Shown in pieces: positions 9,612-22,375 of a stretch of DNA of 64,000 nucleotides; position 1 is the stretch's first letter, and every line of letters begins with the position of its first letter. Under the pieces are notes generated by a model. That model was not told where the DNA came from. It ran no database searches and was given only the letters and a program-made list of their open reading frames with translations. The DNA lies in NCBI GenBank assembly GCA_965277805.1, contig OZ255842.1, forward strand, positions 3,392,001 through 3,456,000, in the 5' to 3' direction. The translations under genes and the position numbers were made by a program. The stretch comes from Candidatus Lustribacter sp. (GTDB lineage Bacteria > Vulcanimicrobiota > Vulcanimicrobiia > Vulcanimicrobiales > Vulcanimicrobiaceae).

Positions 9612-10561
9612 AGTTTGACCATGATCTCGTCGACGGTGAAGCGTCGCGGAGTTGCGCCGAACTCGGCGGCAATGTCGAGTTCCGGCTGGAGCGTCGCCGG
9701 GTTGAACGAGGCCGCGTAGGTCGCGCGCCGCATCGAGCGCACCTGGGCCAGCGGAATCTTCGCGTACTTTGCAACGATCGGCGCCGTGAGATCGGTGTGC
9801 GCGTTGGCCCATGCAGCAATGTCGTACATCACGGAGACGAAATGCTTCGCCAGGTCGCGGTTCTGCTCGACCCAGTCGCGACGCGCAACCCACATATTGA
9901 TCACCGACACCGGCCCGAAGACGACATAGGGAACGGCGAATTGCCGCGCGTCGGTCGTGAGGGCTTGGCTCAGCAGCGGCTCGCCGATATAACCGCACGC
10001 GATGGTGCCGTGAGCGAGCGCGGCATCGACGCCCCCAAAGGGGATCTCGATGAATTTCGCAGCGTTCGGATCGACCCCGCCACGCTTGAGCCAGGCTTGA
10101 ATGGAAACCGTGGTGAGCGAATTCAACGACGGCACCGAGATCAGTTGTCCCGCCAAATCGTGCGGCGTTTTGAGCGGCGAGGCTTTCGCGACGCAGAGCA
10201 CGCTCGACGGAAGGTCGACGCGAAACATTCCCGACGCGGTCAGCGCGACGAGCGGAACGCCGTGTGAGATCGCGTTGGCAACCGAGATCGCATCGATGAC
10301 GGCAAGATCGATCGCGCCGGCGACGAGGGCCGTTGCGGTCGCGCCGCTGCCGGGGAAAATCTGCAGCGTCGCGTCGATTCCCGCTTTCTGCAGAAAGCCG
10401 GCGTCGACGCCGTACCACGGCTCGGCGAACGCATCGGAGATGTTGCTGCCGAGCCGCAAGGGCTGCGCCGCCGTTTGTGCGCTGCCCCGCAGCGGCGTTG
10501 CAAGCGCGGCGCTCGCCGCCAGGAGGCTGAGTGCGCCGCCGCGCGTGATCGATCGAGACAT
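9608..10561 (-). CDS. ABC substrate-binding protein, SsuA/NMT1/THI5 family
   Basis: Tat-like leader; 'GFLQKAGIDA', 'SPLKTPHDLAGQ', 'KFIEIPF'. Confidence 0.88.
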   Translation of the reverse strand: MSRSITRGGALSLLAASAALATPLRGSAQTAAQPLRLGSNISDAFAEPWYGVDAGFLQKAGIDATLQIFPGSGATATALVAGAIDLAVIDAISVANAISHGVPLVALTASGMFRVDLPSSVLCVAKASPLKTPHDLAGQLISVPSLNSLTTVSIQAWLKRGGVDPNAAKFIEIPFGGVDAALAHGTIACGYIGEPLLSQALTTDARQFAVPYVVFGPVSVINMWVARRDWVEQNRDLAKHFVSVMYDIAAWANAHTDLTAPIVAKYAKIPLAQVRSMRRATYAASFNPATLQPELDIAAEFGATPRRFTVDEIMVKL

Positions 10562-10564
10562 CCG

Positions 10565-11446
10565 CTAGTTCACCACAATCAGTTGGAGCCGATTCCCGGA
10601 GGGATCGTAGAAGTATTCGCTGCGTTCGCCGGCCGGACGCTCGGCCGCGCGCACATCACCGTCCGTCGTGACCTTCCAGGCGCGGAGGTTCGCTTCGATC
10701 TCGTCGTAGGCGGCGAAATCCGCCACCGAAACCGCGATGTGCGCGCCGGCATGCGGGCGGCCGCTGCCGACCTTCGGTGCCGTCGATGCATCGGGGCCGC
10801 AGAAGAGCGACCGCTCCGAGAGTTCGTCGACCGCCTCGAGAAACAGCACCTGTCCCTCGCCGTTGCGCAGGATCACGCGTCCGTTGCCGAGTTCGCCCGC
10901 ATCACGATGGAGGAACGTCATGCCGAGTGCCTCGGTGTAGAACTTCTCCGCGAGCGGCAGATCGCTGACTTCGAGCGCGACGTGGCAGACGTCGGTCACG
11001 GCAACGGCGCCGCGACCGGCGGGCGCATCGCCCGCATCGTGACCGTCCCACGCCGCAAGCTCGACGATGTTGCCGTCGGGGTCGCGCAAACGCAGGCAGT
11101 CGCTGATTCCGAGACCGGCAGGCAACGCGGGCGCCGGCTCTGTGGAAATCTTCAGGCCGGCAAGCCGCTGCGGAAGATCCGCCAGCGCATCGCGCGACAC
11201 CGCGAAGCCGATGCGCGGCACCGGCCGCGATTCCGCCGCGGGCGGCAACGCATGCCGCGCGAGGCACAGCTCGAAGCGGTGCTTGCCCATTTCGACGAAC
11301 GAGATGATGGGCCAGCCGTCATACGTGCGCGTTTTGAGATTGGCCATGAAGAGCGGCCGCGCTCCGAAGAGCTTGTCGTAATATTCGTGCGCGCGCGGGA
11401 TGTCTTCCACGATGAAGCCCGAGTGATCGAAGGTGCGGATTGCCAT
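10565..11446 (-). CDS. VOC family protein (two glyoxalase/dioxygenase-type domains)
   Basis: 'FDHSGFIV', 'RDPDGNIVEL', 'CHVALEVSDL', 'YFYDPSGNRLQL'. Confidence 0.85.
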   Translation of the reverse strand: MAIRTFDHSGFIVEDIPRAHEYYDKLFGARPLFMANLKTRTYDGWPIISFVEMGKHRFELCLARHALPPAAESRPVPRIGFAVSRDALADLPQRLAGLKISTEPAPALPAGLGISDCLRLRDPDGNIVELAAWDGHDAGDAPAGRGAVAVTDVCHVALEVSDLPLAEKFYTEALGMTFLHRDAGELGNGRVILRNGEGQVLFLEAVDELSERSLFCGPDASTAPKVGSGRPHAGAHIAVSVADFAAYDEIEANLRAWKVTTDGDVRAAERPAGERSEYFYDPSGNRLQLIVVN

Positions 11447-11453
11447 GATGTTC

Positions 11454-12458
11454 CTACTTCGCCGGTTTCCAGTGGCTCGCGTCGAGTTCAGCGTTGACTT
11501 GATGCGCGAGCGTGAAATCGTAGATCTTGTTCACCGGCGGAATCTTGTCTTTCGGAATGTCGAGCAGGCCGGCGCGCACCTCGAGGTCCGGCACGATCAC
11601 GGAATCGCCCACCGTATAATCGCGCGTCATGGCCTTGAGCGCAACGTCGTAGCCTTCCTCGACGGATTTTTCGTCATCGGTGTTCCGGCTCTTCGCAAGA
11701 ATCGCCACCGTCTCGGCCTTGAACGCTTTCATGTAGCGGAAGCCCTTGATGATCGCGCGCAGCATCTTTTTGGCCAGCACCGGATCGCCGTAGAGCGTCT
11801 TGTCCGACATCGCGATCCCCGCATAGGGCATCTTGATCTTCTTCAAGTCGACCAGCACGTGGGATTTCTTGAGCTGGCCGCGTTTGAGCATCAGCATCGA
11901 GTCGGTCGTCGCAATCACCGCGGCCGACAGCGCGCCCGTTTCGAGGCCCGCGCCGATTCCGGACGGCTGTCCTAACGGCTGATAGCCGACGGCATCCGGT
12001 GAGATGCCGACCGATTGCAAGTACAACCGCGATGCGACCTCGAGCGTGTCGCCGCGCGATGCGACGCCGATCGTCTTGCCTTTCAGATCGGCGGCGGTCT
12101 TGATGTCGTTCGTGACCCAGATGCTGTACGTCGGGCTATCGGCCGTGATGCCCACGATGTGCAGCGCCGCGCCCTTGAGGATCGCGGTCAGCGACGCAGC
12201 CGCCGAACCGCTGGCCGCAATCGTGCCCGACATGAGCGCGGGCGTCGCGGTGCCGCCGCCCGCGTAGGTGAGCTCGACATCCAGGCCTTCGGCTGCGAAG
12301 TAGCCTTTCTGCAAGGCGACGAGCGGTGCGCTTTGATTTGCATCGTTGGACGCATACGTAATGGTGATCTTTTGCAAGCCCTGCGCGACCGTCGCGCTGC
12401 CCGGAAGCAACAACACACCGGCGACAATCGCTGCTATCCATGATTTCGCTGACGCCAT
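11454..12458 (-). CDS. ABC substrate-binding protein, SsuA/NMT1/THI5 family
   Basis: Signal peptide from ATG 12458; 'KGYFAAEGLDVEL', 'ADLKGKTIGV'. Confidence 0.87.
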   Translation of the reverse strand: MASAKSWIAAIVAGVLLLPGSATVAQGLQKITITYASNDANQSAPLVALQKGYFAAEGLDVELTYAGGGTATPALMSGTIAASGSAAASLTAILKGAALHIVGITADSPTYSIWVTNDIKTAADLKGKTIGVASRGDTLEVASRLYLQSVGISPDAVGYQPLGQPSGIGAGLETGALSAAVIATTDSMLMLKRGQLKKSHVLVDLKKIKMPYAGIAMSDKTLYGDPVLAKKMLRAIIKGFRYMKAFKAETVAILAKSRNTDDEKSVEEGYDVALKAMTRDYTVGDSVIVPDLEVRAGLLDIPKDKIPPVNKIYDFTLAHQVNAELDASHWKPAK

Positions 12459-12497
12459 ACTAGTACTACCTCGGTCGCTCGTAGAAGGGACGAATTT

Positions 12498-14243
12498 ATG
12501 CTTCGTGTGAGAGCGACCTTCCGTTCGCTGCAAGGCTTCAATTACCGGGTGTGGGCGAGCGGTACGATCGTTTCCAACGTCGGCACTTGGATGCAGCGCA
12601 TCGCGCAGGACTGGCTCGTCCTCACGCAGCTCTCGCACAATAACGCCACCGCTCTCGGCGTCGTGATCGCGCTGCAGTTCGCGCCGCAAGTGCTGCTGCT
12701 GCCGGTAACGGGCTTCGCCGCCGATCATTTCGACCGTCGCAAACTCTTGATCGCTACGCAAACCGCGATGGGGCTCCTCGCGCTCGGTCTCGGCGTTCTC
12801 ACGATCGCCGGACACGTTGCGTTGTGGCACGTGTTGATTTTCGCGTTTCTGCTCGGCTGCGTCACCGCGTTCGATGCGCCGGCACGGCAAACGTTCGTGG
12901 CCGAACTCGTGGGCGAGGCGGATCTACCCAACGCGGTCGGGCTGAATTCCGCCTCGTTCAATTTGGCGCGCATGATCGGACCGGCGGTGGCCGGGCTGCT
13001 CATCGGCGCCGTCGGATCGGGGATCGTCTTTCTCATCAACGCAGCGTCGTTTGCCGCGGTGATCTGCTCGCTGCTGTTCATCCGGGTCGAAGCGCTGACG
13101 CGCGGTGCGCGCGCGCCGCGCAAGCGCGGCAGCCTGGCCGAAGGCTTTCGCTACGTGTGGAAGCGGCCCGACCTCAAGGCCATCCTGTTGATGGCGTTTC
13201 TCATCGGCACGTTCGGATTGAACTTCTCGCTCTTCATCTCGACGATGTCGGTGAAAGTGTTCCACGTGGGAGCGAGTCAATACGGCATCCTGACCTCGCT
13301 AATGTCGCTGGGATCGATCGCCGGGGCGCTCCTCGCGGCCGGACGTGCGAAGTCACACGCCGGATTGCTGTTCGGTGCTGCCGCGGTGCTGGGCGGCGGT
13401 TTTGCTCTCGCCGCGGTCATGCCGAGCTACTGGCTCTTCGGCGCCGCACTCGTCATCGTCGGCCTCGCCGCGCAAACCGTCAGCACCACGACGCTCAGCA
13501 CGGTGCAGCTCGGGACGGAGCCGGCGATGCGCGGACGCGTGATGGCGATTCTGCTCGCGATCTTCATGGGCGGAACGCCGGTCGGCGCGCCGATCCTCGG
13601 CTGGGTGGCCGATACGTTCGGCGTGCGCTGGTCGCTCGGCGTGGCCGCCGCCACGGCGCTGGCTGCCTCGGCAGTCGGCCTCTATTATATCGCGAAGAGA
13701 GGGCCCATGAGCACGTACGACCTGACCGAATTCGCCGCCGACATCCACACCATCGTGAAAGAACAGGGACAGGCCGGTTTACCGCAGGTGGCCGAAAAAC
13801 TGCAACTGCTATTAGCAAATCCGGCGTTCGTGCGCGAGACGTTCGATGACGCGATGCCGCCCGGCAAGCGCGTGCTGCACCACGATGCGCAAACCGACGT
13901 CTACGTGCTGGCCCACGTCCACCATCCGTCGCTGAAGCCCGGCCTGCCGCACAGCCACGGTACCTCGTGGGCGGTCTACGGCAACGCCAAGGGCGCGACG
14001 GAAATGACGATCTGGCAGCGCGTCAATCCGGAAAACGACGATCACGCCGAATTGACCGTCGCCGACACCTACGTTCTCGGCGAGGGCCAAGCGCGCTGCT
14101 ACCCATCCGGTGCGATTCATTCGACGAATCAGCCCGGCAAGGCGTGGGTCGTCCGCGTGACCGGGACCGATCTGGACGTGCTGCCGCGCTACCGCTTCAA
14201 CCGGGCGAGCGATAAGATGCTGGTGACGGGGGTCACTGCCTAG
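12498..14243 (+). CDS. MFS transporter (MFS_3/DUF894-like) fused in frame to a cysteine-dioxygenase-like cupin domain
   Basis: aa 1-403 MFS ('VSNVGTWMQ', 'ADHFDRRKLL', 'FDAPARQ'); aa 404-581 cupin ('PHSHGTSWAVYG...IHS'); no stop between; internal RBS and ATG at 13707. Confidence 0.8.
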   Translation: MLRVRATFRSLQGFNYRVWASGTIVSNVGTWMQRIAQDWLVLTQLSHNNATALGVVIALQFAPQVLLLPVTGFAADHFDRRKLLIATQTAMGLLALGLGVLTIAGHVALWHVLIFAFLLGCVTAFDAPARQTFVAELVGEADLPNAVGLNSASFNLARMIGPAVAGLLIGAVGSGIVFLINAASFAAVICSLLFIRVEALTRGARAPRKRGSLAEGFRYVWKRPDLKAILLMAFLIGTFGLNFSLFISTMSVKVFHVGASQYGILTSLMSLGSIAGALLAAGRAKSHAGLLFGAAAVLGGGFALAAVMPSYWLFGAALVIVGLAAQTVSTTTLSTVQLGTEPAMRGRVMAILLAIFMGGTPVGAPILGWVADTFGVRWSLGVAAATALAASAVGLYYIAKRGPMSTYDLTEFAADIHTIVKEQGQAGLPQVAEKLQLLLANPAFVRETFDDAMPPGKRVLHHDAQTDVYVLAHVHHPSLKPGLPHSHGTSWAVYGNAKGATEMTIWQRVNPENDDHAELTVADTYVLGEGQARCYPSGAIHSTNQPGKAWVVRVTGTDLDVLPRYRFNRASDKMLVTGVTA

Positions 14244-14333
14244 TTGTCTTAGATGAGAACTTGATTGGGCTGGGCACGTCTGCATTTGTCGAGCGCGTTT
14301 CTCGTACACGCTCTGCGAAAGGCGGGGCCAATT

Positions 14334-15236
14334 ATGACGAAATCAGCAAAATCAACCTTCAGCAAGCGGCTCCTCGGTGCCGCGATTCTCTCGGCAGCAC
14401 TCATCACGCCGGCCATCGCCTCAGCGCAAGACTATGCGTCCGCCGGCCAAGATACGCAAATTCAAGGAACGGTCGCTGCCATCAACGGGACGTGGAACAT
14501 CACCGTCGCCGACGCCAACGGATATGCCGATAGCGTGGCCCTGCACCAAGGCACGATTATCAATCCGACCGGGCTCACCCTCGAGCCGGGCATGAGCGTG
14601 ACGATCGACGGATACGCCGACGGACCGAACTTCGACGCGATGGAAATCGACACGCCGTATCAATATAGCGGACCCGCTCCGGTTGCCGTGTACTACGGTC
14701 CCGGCTCGTGGTATCCGGGCTACGCCGCGGGCTGGGGCCCGTCGTTCAGCCTCGTCTTCAACGTCGGATCGCGCAGCTGGCAGCAACGCCCGTTCGCCTA
14801 CGGCGGAGAAGTTCGCCGGCCGGTAACGCCGCCCGAGGGCTGGCAGAACCGCCCGCACGGCTACGTCGGCAACAATGCCGGATCCTCACACCGTGTTTCC
14901 TACGCGCCGCAGCAACGTCAGTTCGCCGCACCGCAGGCTCAGCAGCAACGCACGTTCGCGGCACCGCCGGCTCAGCAGCAACGCCAGTTCGCCGCACCGC
15001 CGGCTCAGCAACAGCGCACGTTCGCCGCTCCGCCGGTTCAGCAGCAACGCCAGTTCGCCGCACCGCCGGCTCAGCAACAGCGCACGTTCGCACCGCCGGC
15101 ACAGCAACAGCGTTCGTTCGCCGCACCGGCACAGCAACAGCGTTCGTTCGCAGCACCGCAACGTCAGGCCGCGGCACCGCCACAACGCCCGGCCGCTCCG
15201 GCCGGACGCGCTCCCCAAGAGCAACGTCACCGCTAA
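14334..15236 (+). CDS. Secreted hypothetical protein with N-terminal beta domain and C-terminal Gln/Pro-rich repeats
   Basis: RBS AAGGCGG, signal peptide ending 'ASA-Q'; 'LHQGTIINPTGLTLEPGMSVTI' motif; repeat tail. Confidence 0.75.
   Translation: MTKSAKSTFSKRLLGAAILSAALITPAIASAQDYASAGQDTQIQGTVAAINGTWNITVADANGYADSVALHQGTIINPTGLTLEPGMSVTIDGYADGPNFDAMEIDTPYQYSGPAPVAVYYGPGSWYPGYAAGWGPSFSLVFNVGSRSWQQRPFAYGGEVRRPVTPPEGWQNRPHGYVGNNAGSSHRVSYAPQQRQFAAPQAQQQRTFAAPPAQQQRQFAAPPAQQQRTFAAPPVQQQRQFAAPPAQQQRTFAPPAQQQRSFAAPAQQQRSFAAPQRQAAAPPQRPAAPAGRAPQEQRHR
14908..15165 (+). repeat. Intragenic tandem repeat, 33-bp units (QQQR[T/Q]FAAPPA) decaying to 30-bp units
   Basis: About 8 units visible, e.g. cagcagcaacgccagttcgccgcaccgccggct, alternating T/Q variants. 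Confidence 0.92.
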
Positions 15237-15261
15237 CCACGAACCCTAACGCGACAAACGC

Positions 15262-15292
15262 AACACGCCCGCCCTCCTCCGGCGGGCGTGTT
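15262..15292. terminator. Probable bidirectional intrinsic terminator hairpin
   Basis: aacacgcccgcc-ctcctcc-ggcgggcgtgtt, a perfect 12-bp stem between convergent genes. Confidence 0.75.
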
Positions 15293-15297
15293 CGCGT

Positions 15298-15780
15298 TTA
15301 ACGCTGCTTGAGTGCCTTGAGCGTCGCGTTGACGACGGCAACGAGATCGGTGCTCTTTGCGGGAGCCGGCGCGCCGCTCAGGCGCAAGAACGTGCGGCAC
15401 GCCGCTTCGAGTTGCTCCTCGGCTGCGCGCACGTCACCTTTGGACTTTTCGTTTTTGACCGCACGGCGAAAGACGCCGTCCGCAAAAGCGAAGCCGTCGC
15501 TCTCTGCCGCCTTGATGAGGAAGTCTTGCTTCGACGTTGCGACCTCGTCGATCAGCGCGCCGAGCACGGCGCCGAGCCGCGCGAGCTCTTGCGGTTTGCG
15601 TTGATCGATGCTTGCAACGTAGCGGCGGAACTGCACCCGGCGCGCGCCTTCCGGTCCGCCGGGATCCGCGCCGAGCCGAATGCCCGAGCCTTCAAATGCC
15701 CGCACCAGCTGACGCAACGGAATCGACGCCGACGCGTCCTCGAACTTTTCGAGCGTCGTCCGGCTAAAGACGTTCGTCAT
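15298..15780 (-). CDS. Hypothetical protein resembling the N-terminal part of abortive-infection (Abi_C) family proteins, lacking the HEPN domain
   Basis: ATG overlaps oxyR TGA (ATGA); 'GARR...Y...D', 'ESDGFAFADG', 'EAACRTFL...G...DL..VV..TLKAL' match the recalled family pattern. Confidence 0.55.
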   Translation of the reverse strand: MTNVFSRTTLEKFEDASASIPLRQLVRAFEGSGIRLGADPGGPEGARRVQFRRYVASIDQRKPQELARLGAVLGALIDEVATSKQDFLIKAAESDGFAFADGVFRRAVKNEKSKGDVRAAEEQLEAACRTFLRLSGAPAPAKSTDLVAVVNATLKALKQR

Positions 15781-16712
15781 GGGTCGCGCACAGCGGCGGG
15801 CAACGTGCCGCGCAAGGCCGCCGCGATCTCGCGCAGATCGGCCGCGCGCGTTTCCGTCGCGCGCCAAACGAGCGCGATCGTCCGTCCGGCGCGCACGCCG
15901 TCGAGTTCCCGGTACGCGATCATACCGCCCATCGTCGTGTGCTCGCCCGCCGCCAGCGACGGGATGACGGAGATGCCTTCACCGGCCGCGATCATGTGGC
16001 GCAGCATCTCGAGCGAGCTCGCATAGCGGCTCTGGTGCTGCAACCGGCTCGGATCGCAGAGCGACAGCGCCTGATCGCGCAAACAGTGACCTTCCTCCAT
16101 CAACAGCAGCGGACCGCGTTGTAGATCGCGTACGGTGAGTTTGCGGCGCTGCGCGAGTTCGTGACCGGGCCAACACGCGAGGCGAAACGGCTCGAAGAAC
16201 AGCGGCTCGGCGACCAGATCGTCCTTCGGAACCGGCAGCGCAACCAGCACCGCATCGAGGTTGCCGTGACGCAGTGACGCCAGCAATTGGTCGGTGGTCG
16301 ACTCACGCAGCCGTAACGCCAAGCGCGGAAAGCGTTCGCGGCAGAGCGCGATGACCGACGGCATGTAGTACGGTCCGAGCGTCGCGATCACGCCGAGGCG
16401 CAACTCGCCGGAGAACGGCTCCGCACTGCGGCGCGCATCGTCGAGCAGACGGCGGGCATCGCCGAGCAGCGCCTCCGCTTGTTGCAAGATCTCGCGCCCG
16501 CGCACCGTCGGCTCGACTTTGCGCGTCGTTCGCTCGAAAAGCTGCACGCCCAACACGGATTCGAGCTTGCGCACTTGTTCGCTCAACGCCGCCTGAGATA
16601 CGGCGCACGACTCGGCCGCGCGGCCGAAATTGCGTTCCCGCGCAACGGCCACGGCGTATTCGAGATCGCGCAGCGAGAGGGATGAAAGCGGCGCCGGCAG
16701 CATCCCGCTCAT
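15777..16712 (-). CDS. oxyR: Hydrogen peroxide-inducible LysR-type regulator OxyR
   Basis: LysR HTH 'LRDLEYAVAVA..NFGRAAE.CAVSQ'; redox motif 'EEGHCLRDQALSLC'; divergent from katG. Confidence 0.92.
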   Translation of the reverse strand: MSGMLPAPLSSLSLRDLEYAVAVARERNFGRAAESCAVSQAALSEQVRKLESVLGVQLFERTTRKVEPTVRGREILQQAEALLGDARRLLDDARRSAEPFSGELRLGVIATLGPYYMPSVIALCRERFPRLALRLRESTTDQLLASLRHGNLDAVLVALPVPKDDLVAEPLFFEPFRLACWPGHELAQRRKLTVRDLQRGPLLLMEEGHCLRDQALSLCDPSRLQHQSRYASSLEMLRHMIAAGEGISVIPSLAAGEHTTMGGMIAYRELDGVRAGRTIALVWRATETRAADLREIAAALRGTLPAAVRDP

Positions 16713-16714
16713 TA

Positions 16715-19932
<3,218 letters not shown>

Positions 19933-19936
<4 letters not shown>

Positions 19937-21093
19937 AGTGGTTTCCCTCCGGTGCCGCTGGCAGCGGTGACGGCGCCCGCGGACGGCGACCACTTCACGA
20001 CGACGACCGAGTCGGGCCCTAGCCCATGCTGGTCGCCGGTTCGAAAGTCGTAGGAGCCGTTCACTCCGCCGAAGCCGTGCAGGTTCGCGATGTAGTCGCG
20101 AATTTGCGCCGACGTCGCATCCGGTCCGATCTGTTTGAGCGCCGACATCACGATGCTGGTCGGATCCCAGGCATAAGCGCTCGTGGTCGTCGGGACGATT
20201 CCGGCGCCTTTGAAGGCCTCGTTGAACGCCGCGTACGCGTTGCGCTGACCCGCCGAGCCCATCGGCACGCCGACTTGAAACGGGAAGCCGTCGAAGTACA
20301 AATCCTTGGGCAAGAACGCCGCATATTGCGTGAGCTGGTCTTTGTTCAAATTGGCCGACGACGTGAAGACCGGCAGATCGACGCCGGCATCCCGCAATCC
20401 GCGCAGCGCCGTCGCGAACGCCGGCCCCGTTGCAAAGATCCAAATGCATTGCGGCTTCAATTGCATGATCTTGGAGATCTCCGCATTGAGCGCAATCGCC
20501 GTCGGTTGATACTTTTCTTCATCGACGATCTGCAGCGCATGATAGCTCGGCAGCGCGTCATAGAGCGCGTGCGATCCGGCCTGACCGGACGCATCGGTCG
20601 CCGTCAGCACGCCCAAACGGTTGTATCCCTTGTCGCTCATGAACCGTGCTTCGGCCAGGAGTGTCGCGTCGAGCGATCGCGAGCTGGAGAAAGCGAACGT
20701 GCCCTTCTGCGGCTGCAGCCCGGGCGAAAGACAGTATTCAACCGGTCCGCTGTTGCGCACCGCCGGTTCGATTGCGGCGCACGTCCCGGTGACCGCCGGG
20801 CCGAGGATGACCTGCGCGTGTTTGTCGATGATGCTGTTCGCGAGCTGCAAAGCGACTTGCGGCGAGCTTTGGTCGTCCCAAACCTGAAAGTGCACCTGGC
20901 GACCGCGGATGCCGCCTGATTTATTGAGCAGGCCCTCATAGACCCCGATGGACTCTTTGTCCGAAGCTCCGGAAAATGCGGCGGGTCCCGTAAGCGATAC
21001 GATCACGTTGATCGTGAGCGGTTCGTCGGCGGCCGCGGCCGGAATGACGCCCGCCAACAGCACGAACGCAAGACAAATGCAAAGACGTTTCAT
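19933..21093 (-). CDS. ABC substrate-binding protein, LivK/Peripla_BP_6 family
   Basis: Signal peptide; 'SLTGPAAFSG', 'NKSGGIRGR', 'DDQSSPQVA', 'YDFRTGDQHGL'. Confidence 0.88.
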
Positions 21094-21100
21094 ACGAACC

Positions 21101-22267
21101 TCACACCGCCGCGACGGGCGATAGATCTTCCGGATACGTCCAGCGCTTCACGGGCTTTCCTTGCGCGTGCGCCTCGATCTCGCGCGCGTAGATCCGGCGC
21201 AGCAAGATCGCCGCGCGATCGGAACGCCCGAGCTGATCCGGCTCGCGCTCGGTCACTCCCGCTTGCGTCTCCATGACGACGCTATCCTGAATCCCGACGA
21301 GATCCGGCCGGTCAGGAACCTCGTCGATGTGCATGTCGCCGCGAATGACGGCTTGAACGATCTCGTCGCGCGGCGGAAGACTCGCCATCGCCGCGCGTTG
21401 TTGCATGCGCCGTTCTAGAAAGCGGTCGCGCTCTTCGCCGAAGACCTCGAACAGGTTGACGATGAACGAGCGATGCGATTGGTCGTCGACCGGAACGCGA
21501 AACGCGAGATGATCGATCAGTTGATCGAAACCCGCTTCGGCGATCATGATGAACGCGGCGATCGGCATTACGACGTAGTGCCGGCCGTTCTTTCCATCTT
21601 TGTACTTCGTGTTGAACGCGATGCCGAAGTCCGTCTCCCACGGTTCGATTTCGGGAATCTCCCGGTTGACGCCGACTGTTGAGAAGGCGGAACGCTCGTG
21701 CACGAAGTTCGCATGAACGTGATCGGCGCCGTTCTCCATCGTATTGAAGTAATTCGTGCGCCGTACGTAGTTGGAGTTGATCAGTTCGCCCGGACGCTCG
21801 AGCCGTTTGAACCGCGGAAACGGCGGCGGCTCGCCCGTTCCGAGAAACGCGAACACGAGGCCGAGATACTCGCGCGTCGGGAATGCCGGGGCGCGCACTT
21901 TGTCCTTAAACGATTCGTCTTCCGCGGGCTGATCGACGCATGCGCCGTCTTGGTCGAATTTCCACCCGTGATAAAAGCACCGGAGACATTCACCTTCGAC
22001 GCGACCGACGGCCAAGGCAACGTGGCGATGCGGGCAGAGGTGTCCGATGAGATGCGCGGCCCCCGATTCACCGCGGTAGAGGGTGAACTGCTCGCTCATG
22101 ATCGTGATCGTCTTCGCCCGCGCGGGTTTGACGTCGGCGATCTCGGCGACGGGGATCCAGAATTGGCGCAGGTAGCGCCCCGCCGGCGTGTTCGGACCGG
22201 TCTTATCGTATGCGAGTTCCAGCGGTACGTCGACCGCGGCGAAGGCTCGCTCACTCTCTAATTGCAT
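21101..22267 (-). CDS. Rieske non-heme iron oxygenase alpha subunit (phthalate 4,5-dioxygenase / LigX O-demethylase-like)
   Basis: 'TGPNTPAGRYLRQFW', Rieske 'CPHR...CFYHGW', mononuclear iron 'ENGADHVHANFVH', 'IQD'. Confidence 0.9.
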   Translation of the reverse strand: MQLESERAFAAVDVPLELAYDKTGPNTPAGRYLRQFWIPVAEIADVKPARAKTITIMSEQFTLYRGESGAAHLIGHLCPHRHVALAVGRVEGECLRCFYHGWKFDQDGACVDQPAEDESFKDKVRAPAFPTREYLGLVFAFLGTGEPPPFPRFKRLERPGELINSNYVRRTNYFNTMENGADHVHANFVHERSAFSTVGVNREIPEIEPWETDFGIAFNTKYKDGKNGRHYVVMPIAAFIMIAEAGFDQLIDHLAFRVPVDDQSHRSFIVNLFEVFGEERDRFLERRMQQRAAMASLPPRDEIVQAVIRGDMHIDEVPDRPDLVGIQDSVVMETQAGVTEREPDQLGRSDRAAILLRRIYAREIEAHAQGKPVKRWTYPEDLSPVAAV

Positions 22268-22331
22268 CTCTTCCCGTTCCTCCAGAGCCCCAAGGCAGAA
22301 AGACCGTAGCAACGGAAGGGGGCTGGCGCAA

Positions 22332-22361
22332 CGCTGCGCGTCCACTATGCGGAACGCAGCG
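22332..22361. promoter_or_regulatory. Inverted repeat / putative IclR-type operator between divergent Rieske and aldolase-IclR operons
   Basis: cgctgcg-cg-TCC-actatgc-GGA-a-cgcagcg; core GTCCACTATGCGGAAC at 22340-22355. Confidence 0.5.
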
Positions 22362-22375
22362 CACGAGGTGCGTTC

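Noticed and set aside
9096..10418. 440-aa ORF (likewise 19043-20449, 11454-12890, 59615-61240)
   Set aside because: Arg-rich N-terminal extensions overlap real genes; trimmed to coupled or RBS-supported starts
14908..15165. Tandem repeats as a possible CRISPR array
   Set aside because: No unique spacers, unit lengths are multiples of 3 and in frame within a CDS, and no cas genes are present
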